Shown one piece after another: positions 36,483-49,559 of a stretch of 64,000 nt of DNA. Below the pieces are notes generated by a model. That model was given only the letters and a program-made list of their open reading frames with translations, made no database searches and was not told where the DNA came from. This DNA comes from Azolla caroliniana (Eukaryota; Plantae; Polypodiophyta). Positions within the stretch are counted from its first letter, which is position 1. Every line of letters starts with the position of its first letter. Location of the stretch: NCBI GenBank assembly GCA_043228905.1, contig JBHGNT010000016.1, positions 12,028,001 through 12,092,000 of the forward strand, written 5' to 3'. A program made the position numbers and the translations under genes.

Positions 36483-37187
36483 GACTACTATTATGGAGTC
36501 AACACTAGTCAATCCCACATCCACACAACCAATCGGCAGACAACAACCGGCTGATGAAGCCGTATCTGAGTCGGCCAACACACAACAACAAACTCATGGA
36601 AGATGAGATGGAAGAAGATTCGACAATTTGGCCGACTGAGACCAGGTTTTTCTTGATGGTTGGGACATGCAAGACGTTCTTGAGGTAGGTTTGTTTGCCG
36701 TCATTTTCGATGGAACATTTACAACATGCCGAATTGGGCGAGTCATATCATCTCCGGTTTCGACATAGTCGGGTCGATTAGGCTTTCGCTATTTTCAAAA
36801 CCAATCTTCATGGGACGTCATGTGATTGGATGCTCTCAAGTCGACAAACCATATGCTATTTGAAGAAGAGGTGCTAGTCGGGGCCTGTGCCGACATCGAA
36901 TGTGCTTCATGCCTCATTACGAACATCCCGCCACGATCGTCGTAGTTGGAATTCGAAGCGTAGTTTGTGAGTTGTCCACTAGTCAAAGCCAAGCCTCGTA
37001 TCTTTTTTCGGCACTCCTCTTCATAATGGTCATGTTTTCCACAGTACCTGCAATCGATCGGGTTGTTATGATTGCTCGGTCCGGCGGAGTGGTTCCCCCT
37101 TCTACCAAACTCTCTAGGACAGTTCCTGTCCTCTTGCCATTGGTGGGAGTTATGCTCTTGGGTCGGCTGATCGTGTTGGCCTCGTTC

Positions 37188-37420
37188 GAATCAACCTCTA
37201 TTTCGACGGCCAAATCCTCTTCTATCATCCGACTCTGAGTAGAGCATCTGACCATTAGGCACATTGTTCCTTTGTCGAACGTGATTTTCTTCAACCAACA
37301 GAATCGACCTCTATTTCGACGGCCAAATCCTCTTCTATCATCCGACTCTGAGTAGAGCATCTGACCATTAGGCACATTGTTCCTTTGTCGAATGTGATTT
37401 TCTTCAACCAACAGAATCGA
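37188..37420. repeat. Tandem duplication, 2 x 113 bp, in Copia B gag
   Basis: Units start at 37188 and 37301; GAATC(A/G)A microhomology at all three boundaries (37188, 37301, 37414). Confidence 0.92.
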
Positions 37421-38051
37421 TTGAAGGTTGAAAAAGGAGGGAGCGTTCTCCCTCGCAAGAATGGCTTATCTGATCATGCTCAATTGAGGTGCCAATCCGC
37501 CGAGGCATATTTGCACTATTTCATCAATATCGATGACGACATTAATCGAACTGAGGGCATCGCACAACTCCTTGATCTTCAAGGTATAGTTGGTGATCAA
37601 CATATCTCTCTGTTGCACGTTGTTTAGCTCCTGTCGAAGTTGAGGCTTTCGTGCAGCCGTATTGGCCACAAAAATCTTCTTGAGATTTCTCCAAGCTTCT
37701 TTCGGCGTTTTCGAATTTCGAATATAGCCGAGCATGTGGTCATGAACGCATGACGCAAGGCAATACAACACACGGCTCGCGACTTGCTCCCACACTAGGT
37801 AGTCGGCGTGTGTCAGGTTGGGTTGCGTTTTGTGAGCTCCCTTGATGTAGCTCTAGTAACCTTGTCCGACAAGGTAGTGATGCATCTTGTACTCCCAAGA
37901 TGTGAAGTTTGTTCTATCGAGCTTCTCGGTGGAAAGAGCGCTTCCCATATGGGTGTTCATTGTTGAACTTCTTCTACCCTTGATGCGAGCTTGAGCACAA
38001 CACACGTAAAGGCGATGGGCTTAGATCAAGCTACCACACGCTTTGATACCA

Positions 38052-38104
38052 TGTAAAAAATCAAGAGTGATTATGTGCAGCAGATGTGTGTGTTTGTATG
38101 TGAG

Positions 38105-38139
<35 letters not shown>

Positions 38140-38316
38140 CTCTAGACAAGAAACTGTATATTACATCCAACAGTAACTAAGTTACAAAAGGTTGGTCTAA
38201 ATACCAACTGATCTAGGGCAAGTGCCCTTTCTACTAATTACAAATCTAGCCTACTATGATGTCCACTAGCTAGTGTGAACTCTGTCTTTGTGGGAAGTTG
38301 AGTTCGATTCTCAACA
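38052..38316 (-). repeat. 5' LTR of Copia family B element
   Basis: TGTAAAAAATC...TTCTCAACA next to the PBS; homologous to 25648-25914. Confidence 0.9.
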
Positions 38317-39556
38317 CACTTGAACTCTGTGAAAGGGGTATTACAGTATGCCAACAACACCCTCTATCAAGAACGCTTCTACAAGAAGAACATGTTGATT
38401 CTACTCAAAAGGTATACATATGTGGATTGGGTTAGAAACATTACAGATCATAGATCGACATCTAGATTCATGTTTTCATTCAAAAGCGAAGCAATTTCCT
38501 GGGGGAGTAAAAAGAAACAAATAGTTGCACTATATAGCATGGAAGCAAATATATAGGGGTGCAGTTTTACAAATCTAGCCTACCATGATGTCCACTAGCT
38601 AGTGTGAACTCTGTCTTTGTGGGAAGTTGAGTTCGATTCTCAACACACTTGAACTCTGTGAAAGGGGTATTACAGTATGTCAACAACACCCTCTATCAAG
38701 AACGCTTCTACAAGAAGAACATGTTGATTCTACTCAAAAGGTATACATATGTGGATTGGGTTAGAAACATTACAGATCATAGATCGACATCTAGATTCAT
38801 GTTTTCATTCAATAGCGAAGCAATTTCCTGGGGGAGTAAAAAGAAACAAATAGTTGCACTATATAGCATGGAAGCAAATATATAGGGGTGCAGTTTTACA
38901 AATCTAGCCTACCATGATGTCCACTAGCTAGTGTGAACTCTGTCTTTGTGGGAAGTTGAGTTCAATTCTCAACACACTTGAACTCTGTGAAAGGGGTATT
39001 ACAGTATGTCAACAACACCCTCTATCAAGAACACTTCTACAAGAAGAACATGTTGATTCTACTCAAAAGGTATACATATGTGGATTGGGTTAGAAACATT
39101 ACAGATCATAGATCGACATCTAGATTCATGTTTTCATTCAATAGCGAAGCAATTTCCTGGGGGAGTAAAAAGAAACAAATAGTTGCACTATATAGCATGG
39201 AAGCAAATATATAGGGGTGCAGTTTTACAAATCTAGCCTACTATGATGTCCACTAGCTAGTGTGAACTCTGTCTTTGTGGGAAGTTGAGTTCGATTCTCA
39301 ACACAGTTGAACTTTGTGAAAGGGGTATTACGATATGTCAACAACACCCTCTATCAAGAACGCTTCTACAAGAAGAACATGTTGATTCTACTCAAAAGGT
39401 ATACATTTGTGGATTGGGTTAGAAACATTACAGATCATAGATCGACATCTAGATTCATGTTTTCATTCAAAAGCGAAGCAATTTCCTAGGGGAGTAAGAA
39501 GAAACAAATAGTTGCACTATATAGCATGGAAGCAAATATATAGGGGTGCAGTTTTA
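38238..39556. repeat. Tandem array, 4 x 329 bp, spanning an LTR end, the TSD and host Copia RT/RH sequence
   Basis: Units start at 38238, 38567, 38896 and 39225; repeated ORFs at 38320, 38649, 38978 and 39307 are spaced exactly 329 bp apart. Confidence 0.96.
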
Positions 39557-39875
39557 GTTGAATGTGAAGTCGTTTCGCTCAAAAGACTACAAAAGGATAT
39601 GAATGAATCAATCAACGAACCAATACTTGTCTATTGTGACAACCTCCATAACATCCAACTTGCATGAAATCCAGTGTTTCATACTTGGACTAAGCACATT
39701 GAGGTGCACTACCACTACATATGAGAATGGACCATAGCATGAGACATCGATCTCCAACATGGCAACAACATCTATAGGGAGATCGTTGACATTATCACCA
39801 AGGAACTTGGAGTTGACAAGTTGTGGTAGTTCTCGATGACCCTTAGACCACGTGTCCTTGATGAGGGGGAGAAAG
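38317..39875 (+). pseudogene. Old Copia RT/RNase H remnant (outermost layer, right part) ending in a PPT
   Basis: DWVRNITDHRSTS...AISWGSKKKQIVALYSMEA, then VYCDN...NPVFHTWTKHIEVHYH; PPT TTGATGAGGGGGAGA at ~39859-39873. Confidence 0.8.
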
Positions 39876-40199
39876 CCGGACAATGAACACAACCTACTCG
39901 ACGTGAAGGATGATGACTAAAGCATGGCAGCTTGACGTGAAGGACATGTCGATGATCAATGATAATGAATATGAAGGACATTTAGACTAAACCTAGTGAC
40001 GACGTGGCATCGGATAATCTCGAAACAAACTTGGGAACCTACCCACGAGGTAACTCAATATAAGACCGACGTAGGCTCGACAATCCAGATCGGGAGGATA
40101 AGCGCGACACAATTTTAACAACCGACTTTTTTGGTAGCAATGCGATTGTACAATCTGACTGAGTACAGAGGAAACCATGAAGGTCTCAACCTGGCAACA

Positions 40200-42827
40200 C
40201 ACCATGGGAATATTCTATAACACCCTTGCCACTCAATTTGTTCTCAAAGTCTGCGATGCAGTTGCAGCCAAGACAATGAGCTCTCATGATCATTATATAA
40301 CACTTTAGAGCTCTCTTGTTGAATAAAAATAGAATGATCTCTTTCAACATGCACCATTGTTTTCCTTTTTTGAGCATGCACTTGTCCTAATCCTTGCATG
40401 GAAGCTTAGTTTTGGTAAAATGTACATCAACATATTCACATTTACCACACTTTTCTATCATCACTTATGCGTTCTAGATCTTTTTTTCTCCTCCATCAGT
40501 TTTAGTAGATATTCACCCATGGTTTCTGGTTCTGGGAAACCTGGCCTTTCCATGGATACAACCAAGGTGGACACGGTACAAAGATGGCCAATTCTTACAA
40601 AAACCGTGGAAGTCCCAACAATTTGTAGGTTTTGTGCAGTATGCACGAAAGTTCATTAAGCAATTTAGTGTGATTGCAACCCCTTTAACTAACCTAACTA
40701 ATGCTAAAACATGTTTTAAATGGGCACCAGTAGAGCAAGATGCTTTCGAGAAACTATAACAAGTAGTTTGCTCACAACCAATTCGACCTGATTCTACCAA
40801 ACCATTTGAAATCCATATGGATGCATCTGATGTGGCTTATGGTGTAGTTTTGATACAGGATGATCACCTAGTTGCATATGAATCCAAGAAATTTTCAAAT
40901 ATTGAAATAAGGTGGCCTACCCATGCTTGTACCATTTTGGTGATTTCTCATAACTCTTTGCTACAAGACATTCGATCATCTCAACAACGCGATCCCTATA
41001 CGTAGTTATTGATTTCAGATATAGAAGTGCAATTGGGAAATATGGGCCGTTTGGAATGCAACAAGGTTTATTAATGGTATATGGTAAGTGATTTGCACCA
41101 AATGTAAGGGAAATCAAGATAATGAATTTGCAAGAAGCACATGAGTGTAAGAAGGCAGTGCACAACGATATTCACCTGCCACTTCTAACATCCGACAACA
41201 TTATTTTTGGCTGGGCATATGGAGTTGGATGTAAAATGCTACATCCAATCCTGTTTGACATGTCAACAAGTCAAAGCTCCGCATGGATTGTATGACTTAC
41301 CATAACCCATTCCAATACCCAATTAACCATGGGATGTGGTGAACATGGATTTCATTGTGGATTTCTCGTGTCGAGAGGTTATAATGCAATTGTGGTGGTC
41401 ACCGATTATTTCTCTAAACAAGCCCACTTTGTACCAACAAAACCACCTCTCATAGCCCTCCAAGTTGGCAAATTGTTCTTCAAAAATGTATTTAAATATC
41501 ATGGCATGCCTAGCCCAACAGTGTCAGATAGGCATCCACATTTCACTAGTCAAATTTGGCAAGAACTTTTCAAATTGCAAGACACAAAACTCTGAATGTC
41601 CTCAATAGCTCATCCTCAAACAGATGGACAGATGGTAAATTAGGGTATTGAAGACTATTTTCTTTGTTATGTGTAGGCAGATTAGATAGATTTGGTGGAT
41701 CATATCAACATGCTGAAATTTTGTTATAATTCATGTTAACGTTTTGCTACTGTTTTTTCTCCTTTTGAATTAGCCACAAGGAAGCAAGCTCTTACACTGT
41801 TGGCATTGGTCTCTCATGGCATTTGAGATAAATTTGATGAGCTTGATGTCGACCTCTTTCTAGTAGACTAGCAAGCAACAATGTGAGGTGCAGAACAAGG
41901 ATTACAACAATCAAAGAAATGAATGGTTCAAGCAACCAACAAAAAACGTCAACATAGAGAAATTTTCAAAGGCAATTTAGTCCTTGTTAGTGTTGCTCAT
42001 TGGCCATTACATGGAGAACTCTCACCCAAATTTAACCATCGTTAATGCAGACCATATGAAGTACTACAAAGTTGTAATGGGGTAACTTACAAGTTGAAAC
42101 TAGCTAGTTCCATCAAGGTCCATGGTACATTTCATGTAAGTTTACTTAGAATATCTCATACAATTAAACATTGGAGCTAGAAGACTAATCTATGTAAAGA
42201 AGTTGAAGAACCTAGAGCAATATAAATACAATTGCACAATGAAAATACAAAAAATTTGATCAAATGGAAAGGGCAGCTAATTTCAAAAGCCACATGGATC
42301 TTTCAAGAAAGTTTGTTTTGTTCAGATCCCACATTCTTGGTAGGGCACTGTATCTATAATTAGTAGTACAATGGGAAGGGGTCAAACACTACCTACTGCA
42401 TTAGTATGGTAAGACCTCTTGCCATTGGTTTTTCTGTTTATCATTATGTTTTAAGATTTAGTGAGTGATGGCATTGTAAGTATCTTCAATTTCAAGGATG
42501 GAACTCTTCACCTTATGGGAGTGTTATGGAGTAGTTAGGATTAAAGAAATTAAGGGAAGAGTTGTTGGGAGTAGTTAGAGATATTAGTGGGCCATGTAGT
42601 TGAGTAAATTGTTATTTAAGTGTCTTGTGTGCACAAAGGAGTGGCGGGCATTTTCTAGAAATTAGGGGAATGTTCCCCATGTAATATTTTCTCTAATATA
42701 AAAATATTTTCTAGAAATTGGGGGAATGGTAGAGAAATTAAAAGGTTACTAGAGTTCTTCCTGGTCCTTCACATGATTTTATTAACCTTACGAAAGATTG
42801 ATGATTGTTCATACATTATTCCTAACA
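40200..42827 (+). mobile_element. Degenerate Gypsy (chromovirus-type) pol remnant with probable 3' LTR (42522-42827)
   Basis: RH MDASDVAYGVVLIQ...VAYESKK; IN VVVTDYFSKQAHF, VSDRHPHFTS, HPQTDGQ; GTFHVSLL; IKWKG...ATW; many stops. Confidence 0.8.
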
Positions 42828-43350
42828 ATAGTGTTGACTAAAACCCACCCCTGCACATGGCCTCAAATGAAGCAGTATAATCCAGACCCAGATTAAGCTA
42901 TGCACTCAATGTCCCCATATTGAGCTAATGTACACTCAATGTCCCCATATTGAGTAGACATAGCCAACAATATCATTAAAAAACTAACTTCTCACGGCAA
43001 TGTTCCCCTATAGGCAATGACTAAAAAGCCACACATAAACTAAAAGGGGACTGCAACATAGATATTTAACTATCACCTTGATGGAGGCTATTACCTTGGT
43101 ATGTTGTTCTCTTGTCTTGTGGTGAGACAATAAAGCATCATATTCTGATTCATTACATGTACTTCAGGTCAGGCTCAAAAAAACTCTTCTTTTCATTTCA
43201 AAGAGACAGTCCTCAAAGGTACGACTTCAATCTTCTTGTATAGTCCCCAAAGCTAAGACGCGAGTTTTTTTTTCCAGTGTTACAAGTACAAGCTAATATA
43301 GCTAATTTTCATGAATGCTCAATAAGCATATCCAATAATCAAGAATTCTT

Positions 43351-46300
43351 CTAGTTGTTTGCAAGGTGTCCAATGAGCTGACATTGTTCCCTCAGGACAG
43401 TGATAGATATGGGTTCGTTAAGGTTCATTAACTCTCCATCTATTCCACATCCCTTGTGTTTACTATTTCCTGGCTTAAGTTTCACTGCTTTCACCTGAAA
43501 AAATCTATTTGTTACCTCCATAACATGAATGAAAAAATAAGTTATATTTATCATATCATCAATGAAATGATACCTTGGTATACTGGACAAATGGCAAGGA
43601 TAAATGCCTGCCAAACTGCATCAAAATCAAAAACCGAAGAAGCTGGAGTCGACCTACTTTATGGATAAGTAAAAGGTCAAGTTTCCTGTCATCATGCTTA
43701 GCATTCGGTGCAAGAAGTTGTGATTCTGCACATTGAACTGTTCGGCATTGATGGTTGCAGACCAAGACTGCTAAAAATGGACCTTGCTTGAAGACCCACT
43801 TCTCATCCTCGGCAGCTTCTAAAAGCCTGTCCTCCGAGTGAACGTGGCATTGATCTGTTTGAGGAACATCTTTTACATCAAGGAAACTGCCAACTTGAAG
43901 GGCCCGTTTCGACTCCATTGTTAATTCTTCAGAAACACGTATCTCCCCCGTCTGCTCTCCTCCTAACATGGAATAGTCCCATGAGGAACCTGACCAGCCT
44001 CTATCTATTTTTGACTTGGTGCGGGTGCGGGGTCGGGGGGAAGGAGATCGTGCAGGTGCCACAAAGTTGAGTGCAACCACATCCTCACTTCCAGATGTTG
44101 TTGTACTTCCTCGCGTGGAAGGATTTCGCTTCGATTTTGCATCCAACCCACGTACATAGTCCGATGATTCATTGTTCACATCAACCGTTCCATTGAGTAT
44201 ATCATATTCACCCATGCTTTTTCTGCTTATTATTGCAGCAGCCTCATGAGCATTATTCATTTGTGATCCTGCTTCCAAGTCAGTATTACCATCACCTTGT
44301 AGATTATTAAAATTGTAAATCGAAGGTATTATACACGGTCCATTTTTGCTAGCCCCATCCTGCTGAGGCTTTATATTAGCTGGAAGATACTCAATCTCAC
44401 ATTCATATGCTGGTAAGCAGATGAATTTCCGAGCACCTGCGAAAAAGTACCTCAATGGTCCAAACCTCTTTTGATACTTCTCAGAGAGTTCCAACACTGT
44501 CAAGCATTAAGGATTGTTTGTTACCATTATTACACGATTCACTTCTCAATTCAAGTAAATAATTAAATACTGCCAAAGAAAGAAATTCAAAAGGAAAAGG
44601 GGAAAAATCAGTAGAATATAAACATAATGCATATGGCACCTCAAATAGAAGCAAAATAGGCCATGTTTACATCATTGATGCAAACAATTACCAGCGACAA
44701 TGGGAAACCCTTGTAATAGTATTTTGTACATCAAGTGCCTTTTCTGAATGCATAATGAACTAAGTAGCTACTTCAAATTAAGATGCCTAACTATAGCCTT
44801 GCGTTTAATGTATGTAGGCAGAGTTATAATTTTCTTCAATATCTTTACTCCACCTAGAATATAGAACGGGATTGATTTTTTGCTCGCAGGCTATTTACAC
44901 AAGTAGGGAGTCAAGTCAGATGCGCACCATCACTCATGAAGCCATGGTAGGTGATTGTGAGACCCATATGAACATTGCCAGTTTTCATCCACTCCACTGC
45001 AAAAATATCTGTAAGCATCAAGTTTCCCTGTGACAAAGAAAATGCATGATTTAGAAGAAATGCTTTGAAAGTAATGTTTTAGAAACTCCATATAGCGAAG
45101 ATACAAAATTTTACTATTACTAATCACATTAGTGCATTCGCTATTGCCAACCTAATTTGTACCTCACCATACCATCTTACATTTACAAGAAGCCCATTGC
45201 GAACATAAAGCAAAAACATTCAACAATACAACCAATTAGAATGCCAAAAGTAGTGCATATTGTTCGAAGTCAAAGGTATGAAAGCAAGGTCTTTCTCCAG
45301 TCTCGGCAGAATGTATACTTCTTGTAATTATGATTTCACTAAAAATTATTTTGCCACATCTCAAGCATCACATACCCTGGCTCATCAACCAGGGATAAAA
45401 GTGGAAGCTTCAAATATAATCAGATATCAGGATTCCGCTTGCCTACCCCTGAAGCAAACGTGGTACTAATGTTGGATAATATTTCAGATCCTAGAGAGCA
45501 TCTACACCGGTTCAAATGGATTGCTGCCTGAACATCTGCTATGCTTAATAGACAACATCTACTAATGCATCTGAACTGTGCACTCTGACATAAGGTCAAA
45601 AAGATATGAGGCATATATGAATCAAACTATGTTGCACCTTGCTGTCAATTCCATACACCATGCACTAGTTTGTGCTTGTTGCATGTACCTTCACTATTGC
45701 AAGTGCAGCAGCTGAAGGATCACGGACACCCATAACAGACCAGCAGAGGGAATTGTCGGACCCTGCAGGTATAACTCCAATAGGAATTTGTTTGAACTGT
45801 TGCTCAATATCCTCTCTACTTAACAGCCCATTTACCACCTGCACAAATTCAATATTAGCAATACTATTTAACGTACCTAAAGGCAATACCTATAATAAAG
45901 ACAACATGGGATCCTGAAGGGTAGAACTTCCACATTATCATACCTCATTGACAATGCCATCTCCACCAACACATATAATACCTTCATGTTTTAAAGGCAG
46001 TTCCCCAAAGGTCCAAAATGACAGATAAATTAGTAGAGTGAAAATGTAACAAATATAATATTTTAAATACATAAAAAAAACAAAGCAAGAAATTCAAACG
46101 CAAAGGAGACAAAAATTCCAGTTATATTTCAGAAGATGTAATGGACAATACGTTACTCTTAACATTTATGTTTCTTATTCTGGTGCCATAAACTAGTTAA
46201 TTGCTAAATCTGCTACCTATGAATTCAATATGAGAACTTTCTATTCAATAATTTGCCCATCCTATGATTATGAGCCACAACCTCTATCTCATTCACTGAC

Positions 46301-47605
46301 AGTGATCTCCAACTTATGGTCTACTGTAAAATTCAATTGATTTCCTATCATTGAATTGACATCCTCATTGCCTAAGCAGATCTGTCACTGTCTCACCTGT
46401 CCAACTTTAACCATGCATCATCCTCTGGAGTCAGATCTACTATTGCCCGCACTAAAGAGGCCTACTTAAGTGATGCTGTTCTATTTTATCAGTATCATAG
46501 ACTCTCCACACGTCACTCATCAACAAGACCATAAATGTGTTCACGGCATGGTTCCTACAGGCATACCGTTTAGACAAGTTGAAATATCAATATTGGCAGC
46601 CAGTTTCTCTGCATGATGTGGACCAGTAGTTTCTACTACATTCAGCTTGATTCCTGCCAGCTGTAAATAAGTCCCATTTGTTGAAAATGCAATACAGAAG
46701 ATAATCACTCCTAACACAAAAGATCACACACTGAACCATTTGAGTCAATAAATATGTATAATACCATGTCAAACAACACACCTTCAATATTGGTTCTACT
46801 TCAGAGCTGTAAATTTTGAGGGCACGGCCATGGCCAGAACGAGGATTAATAATAACAAGCATGACACGCCCAACATAAAAACTGGGTGGTGAATCATGCA
46901 CATCAATCCTGGAACCTTGCTTCTTTGATAACATTGGCAGGAGTGGTGAATGGTTGATGAAACATCTCTGGGATTCAAAAGCATAAATCCACTTCAAAGC
47001 CTCTTCAATGTCTGGAGCCAAAAACTGGATATCCTTTTGCTTACGCGATTTCATCTTATATGACCAATATGACTTCGAAATGGGAAATGAATGAACAGTG
47101 AATTGACAGGTACCATCATTGTAAGAAACCTGCAAACCAAATTTCTCTTTTATCTCTCTCCTTATCTTGCACACTACATGAATATGTTTCACTTTGGTTC
47201 CAATAAATCTCTCACCCTCCCTCTCCCTTAATGAGCAATACAACTTACCGCAACAATGTCAGTTAATTTCAAACATGTTGCTGCGCATGTAAACTCTTTT
47301 GTTGTTAGCTTTGCGGAGAGAAAAGCATTCTCGTTGGTTTCCTTCAAAGTCTTCTTACCTCCAGCAAGTGAACCAGTAAGAATTATTGTTTCTAGAACAT
47401 CTGTGTGCCTGGCATTATTCTCAATCTTCTGACCATGCTGTGTTCCATTAACAGCATCATTTTGTTCACCAACTTTTAGATTCTTGAATCTCCAAAAGAA
47501 GTCTTGTCTGTTTGATGTAGTGAAGATATTCTGGGAAATTGTTTCATAAGAAAGCGCAGATTTCCTCGGAATGTGCTTTTGATCCTCATGAAGTTTGTTT
47601 GACAT
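43351..47605 (-). CDS. LCBK1: Sphingoid long-chain base kinase (sphingosine/DAG kinase family); exons 47605-47249, 47129-46782, 46660-46567, 45981-45944, 45838-45689, 45027-44928, 44496-43574, 43494-43351
   Basis: Spliced motifs LVIINPRSGHGRA, IICVGGDGIVNEVVNGLL, IGVIPAGSDNSL, GFMSDVLELSEKYQKRFGPLRYF, GCGIDGEL; all junctions GT-AG and in phase; start codon least certain. Confidence 0.92.
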
Positions 47606-48323
47606 TGCAGAAGTGTACAAAACAGTTTTGAACACACACAATAGTCCTTCCTATTCACTTTTGTCAGATGCACCTATTTTTTGTTGTGCTTCTGTATAAA
47701 AGATGTCAAAATGAACATTAACTAATTGAATATATAATACATATTATACACTGTTGATGAAAAGAACTGATTTCTGCCACCATGAAACAACCCCATTTCT
47801 CTGTTTTTCTTTCTCCAAAGAAAAGCATGGTATGTTGATGCTTTTCCCATCACATCTTGCATGATAGCAAGGATCAATATTAAACTCATAACATTCTGAT
47901 TGCACTTCTCCCAAAATCAAAGTTCGTGTCAAACAAGTTGCGACGAGAAAAATATCTGTTGAAGCTATCAATAACATGTAGAATTAGCTGAGTCGGATAT
48001 TTAAGAAACATTTGGGAGTAAATGGGATTGAACATACAACAGGAATTTTCACACAGCAACATTCATGTACAAGAAGTTCCTACCAGTCTAGTATTTCTCG
48101 CCACTATGCATTTTAGATTGGTTCTTGCTAGGCACTAGATCATGCATTAGACACATCAAAATACTTAACGAGACCTTTCTATGAAGCAGAAGATTTGGCA
48201 TGCTGGCAGGATAACAGTCATTTAGAAGATTAGTTCGGAATGCAAGCCTAACATGTCCAACCTAATAGACAAAGATTTACAGTAAGTCTTTGAGATAAAT
48301 ACCATGAGAACTCATGTCCTATT

Positions 48324-49135
48324 CAAGGTTGTTAGGTACGTTAGATACGGTACATATACCATACGTATATAACGTATTAATACGCATATAGTACCTCCCA
48401 ATTTAAAAATACATTAAATACGTTTTTTAACATGTTAAATACTTATAAAATATGTATTTTACGTATAGTACGTTAAATACTTCTAGAATTTGAAAATTAT
48501 TTACCTTTCTAAAAAATATTTGTAATATTGTAAAAAGCATCTATGTTTATACAATTTTGTGATGTACATTATAGTTCTACATCCTAAAATGCATATAAGA
48601 CATTTGAACATTTTACATCCTAAAATACTTATAATATGGATGTCAACATTCACTTATTCTATTCTATAAATACTTCAAATTGTAATTATTTACGATTATG
48701 CCTTCATAGATTGAGGAATTATCTATGATTATCAGACTCAAGATAGGTTTCTCTCTTCTTTTCTCCCTTCTTCATCTTCTATCTTCTGCGATTATCACAC
48801 TCAAAGTCAGCACAGGTTTCTGTCTTCTTTTCTCTCTTTTTCTTCTTCTTGCTCTTCTTCTTCTTCGTCATCTCTTCTATTCTTCTTTCTTCTTTCTTTT
48901 TGCTTCTTTTTCATTAAAACCTTTTTTTTCTTTTGCTTTTTGTTGGGGTTTTCCTTACATTTTTTTATAAATACATATTATACCTGTTTTTTCAAATGTA
49001 CATTAAATACCATATTGGACAAATGTACATGTACGTGATATTTGACTGAACAACGTTGAGGTATAATATGTACTATACAAATTATGAGGTACTATACATA
49101 TTTAAACGTTAAATACGAGTACGTAAACAACCATG
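48324..49135. mobile_element. Non-autonomous hAT-type DNA transposon (MITE-like), 812 bp
   Basis: TIRs CAAGGTTGTT / AACAACCATG (9 of 10 match); perfect 8-bp TSD GTCCTATT at 48316-48323 and 49136-49143; TACGT-rich subterminal motifs. Confidence 0.88.
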
Positions 49136-49559
49136 GTCCTATTCATGCTACAAGTCAATCAAGGGTTACACAAATGGGCTCCTGGCGAGGACATAACAAA
49201 GGGGTTACAGTAGATAGGGCAAAATAACAATTTCTCATGCACGTACACCCAACCCCATGGACCATGATATCACCATCCTTGTCATTGACAGATAAAGGCC
49301 ATTATCTCCTATCACCACAAGCACTTCCCTCACTTCGGAGACCTCTCCATTCTGGATCAACCTATTGCTTAGTAACATTTATATATTTTGATTTGTTCTC
49401 AAAGATGAGAAAACACTTAAGATGTAATCTCTTGTTTGATCTTATAGGCCATTTTGGCCTCTTAAAAGACGTTAATATATCTTTCTCTCTCCCTTTATTT
49501 TACGAATTCCCCCCATTCATAAGCCTTGCGGTTCAACATACCAATCACAAACTCTAGAA

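Larger units (their letters stand above)
25648..38316 (-). mobile_element. Copia family B element with both LTRs, internally deleted, hosting nested insertions
   Basis: LTRs 25648-25914 and 38052-38316; TSD CACTT at 25643-25647 and 38317-38321; PBS at 38041-38051; gag-protease ~36700-37960 (IWFVDLRASNHM); RNase H end RTKHIEVHYHFI at ~26160-26339. Confidence 0.92.

Noticed and set aside
38238-39556. CRISPR-like array or multicopy small-gene cluster (four similar 60-78 aa ORFs)
   Set aside because: The units are contiguous near-identical duplicates with no unique spacers; the ORFs are decayed Copia RT/RH pieces starting at TTG; the context is eukaryotic
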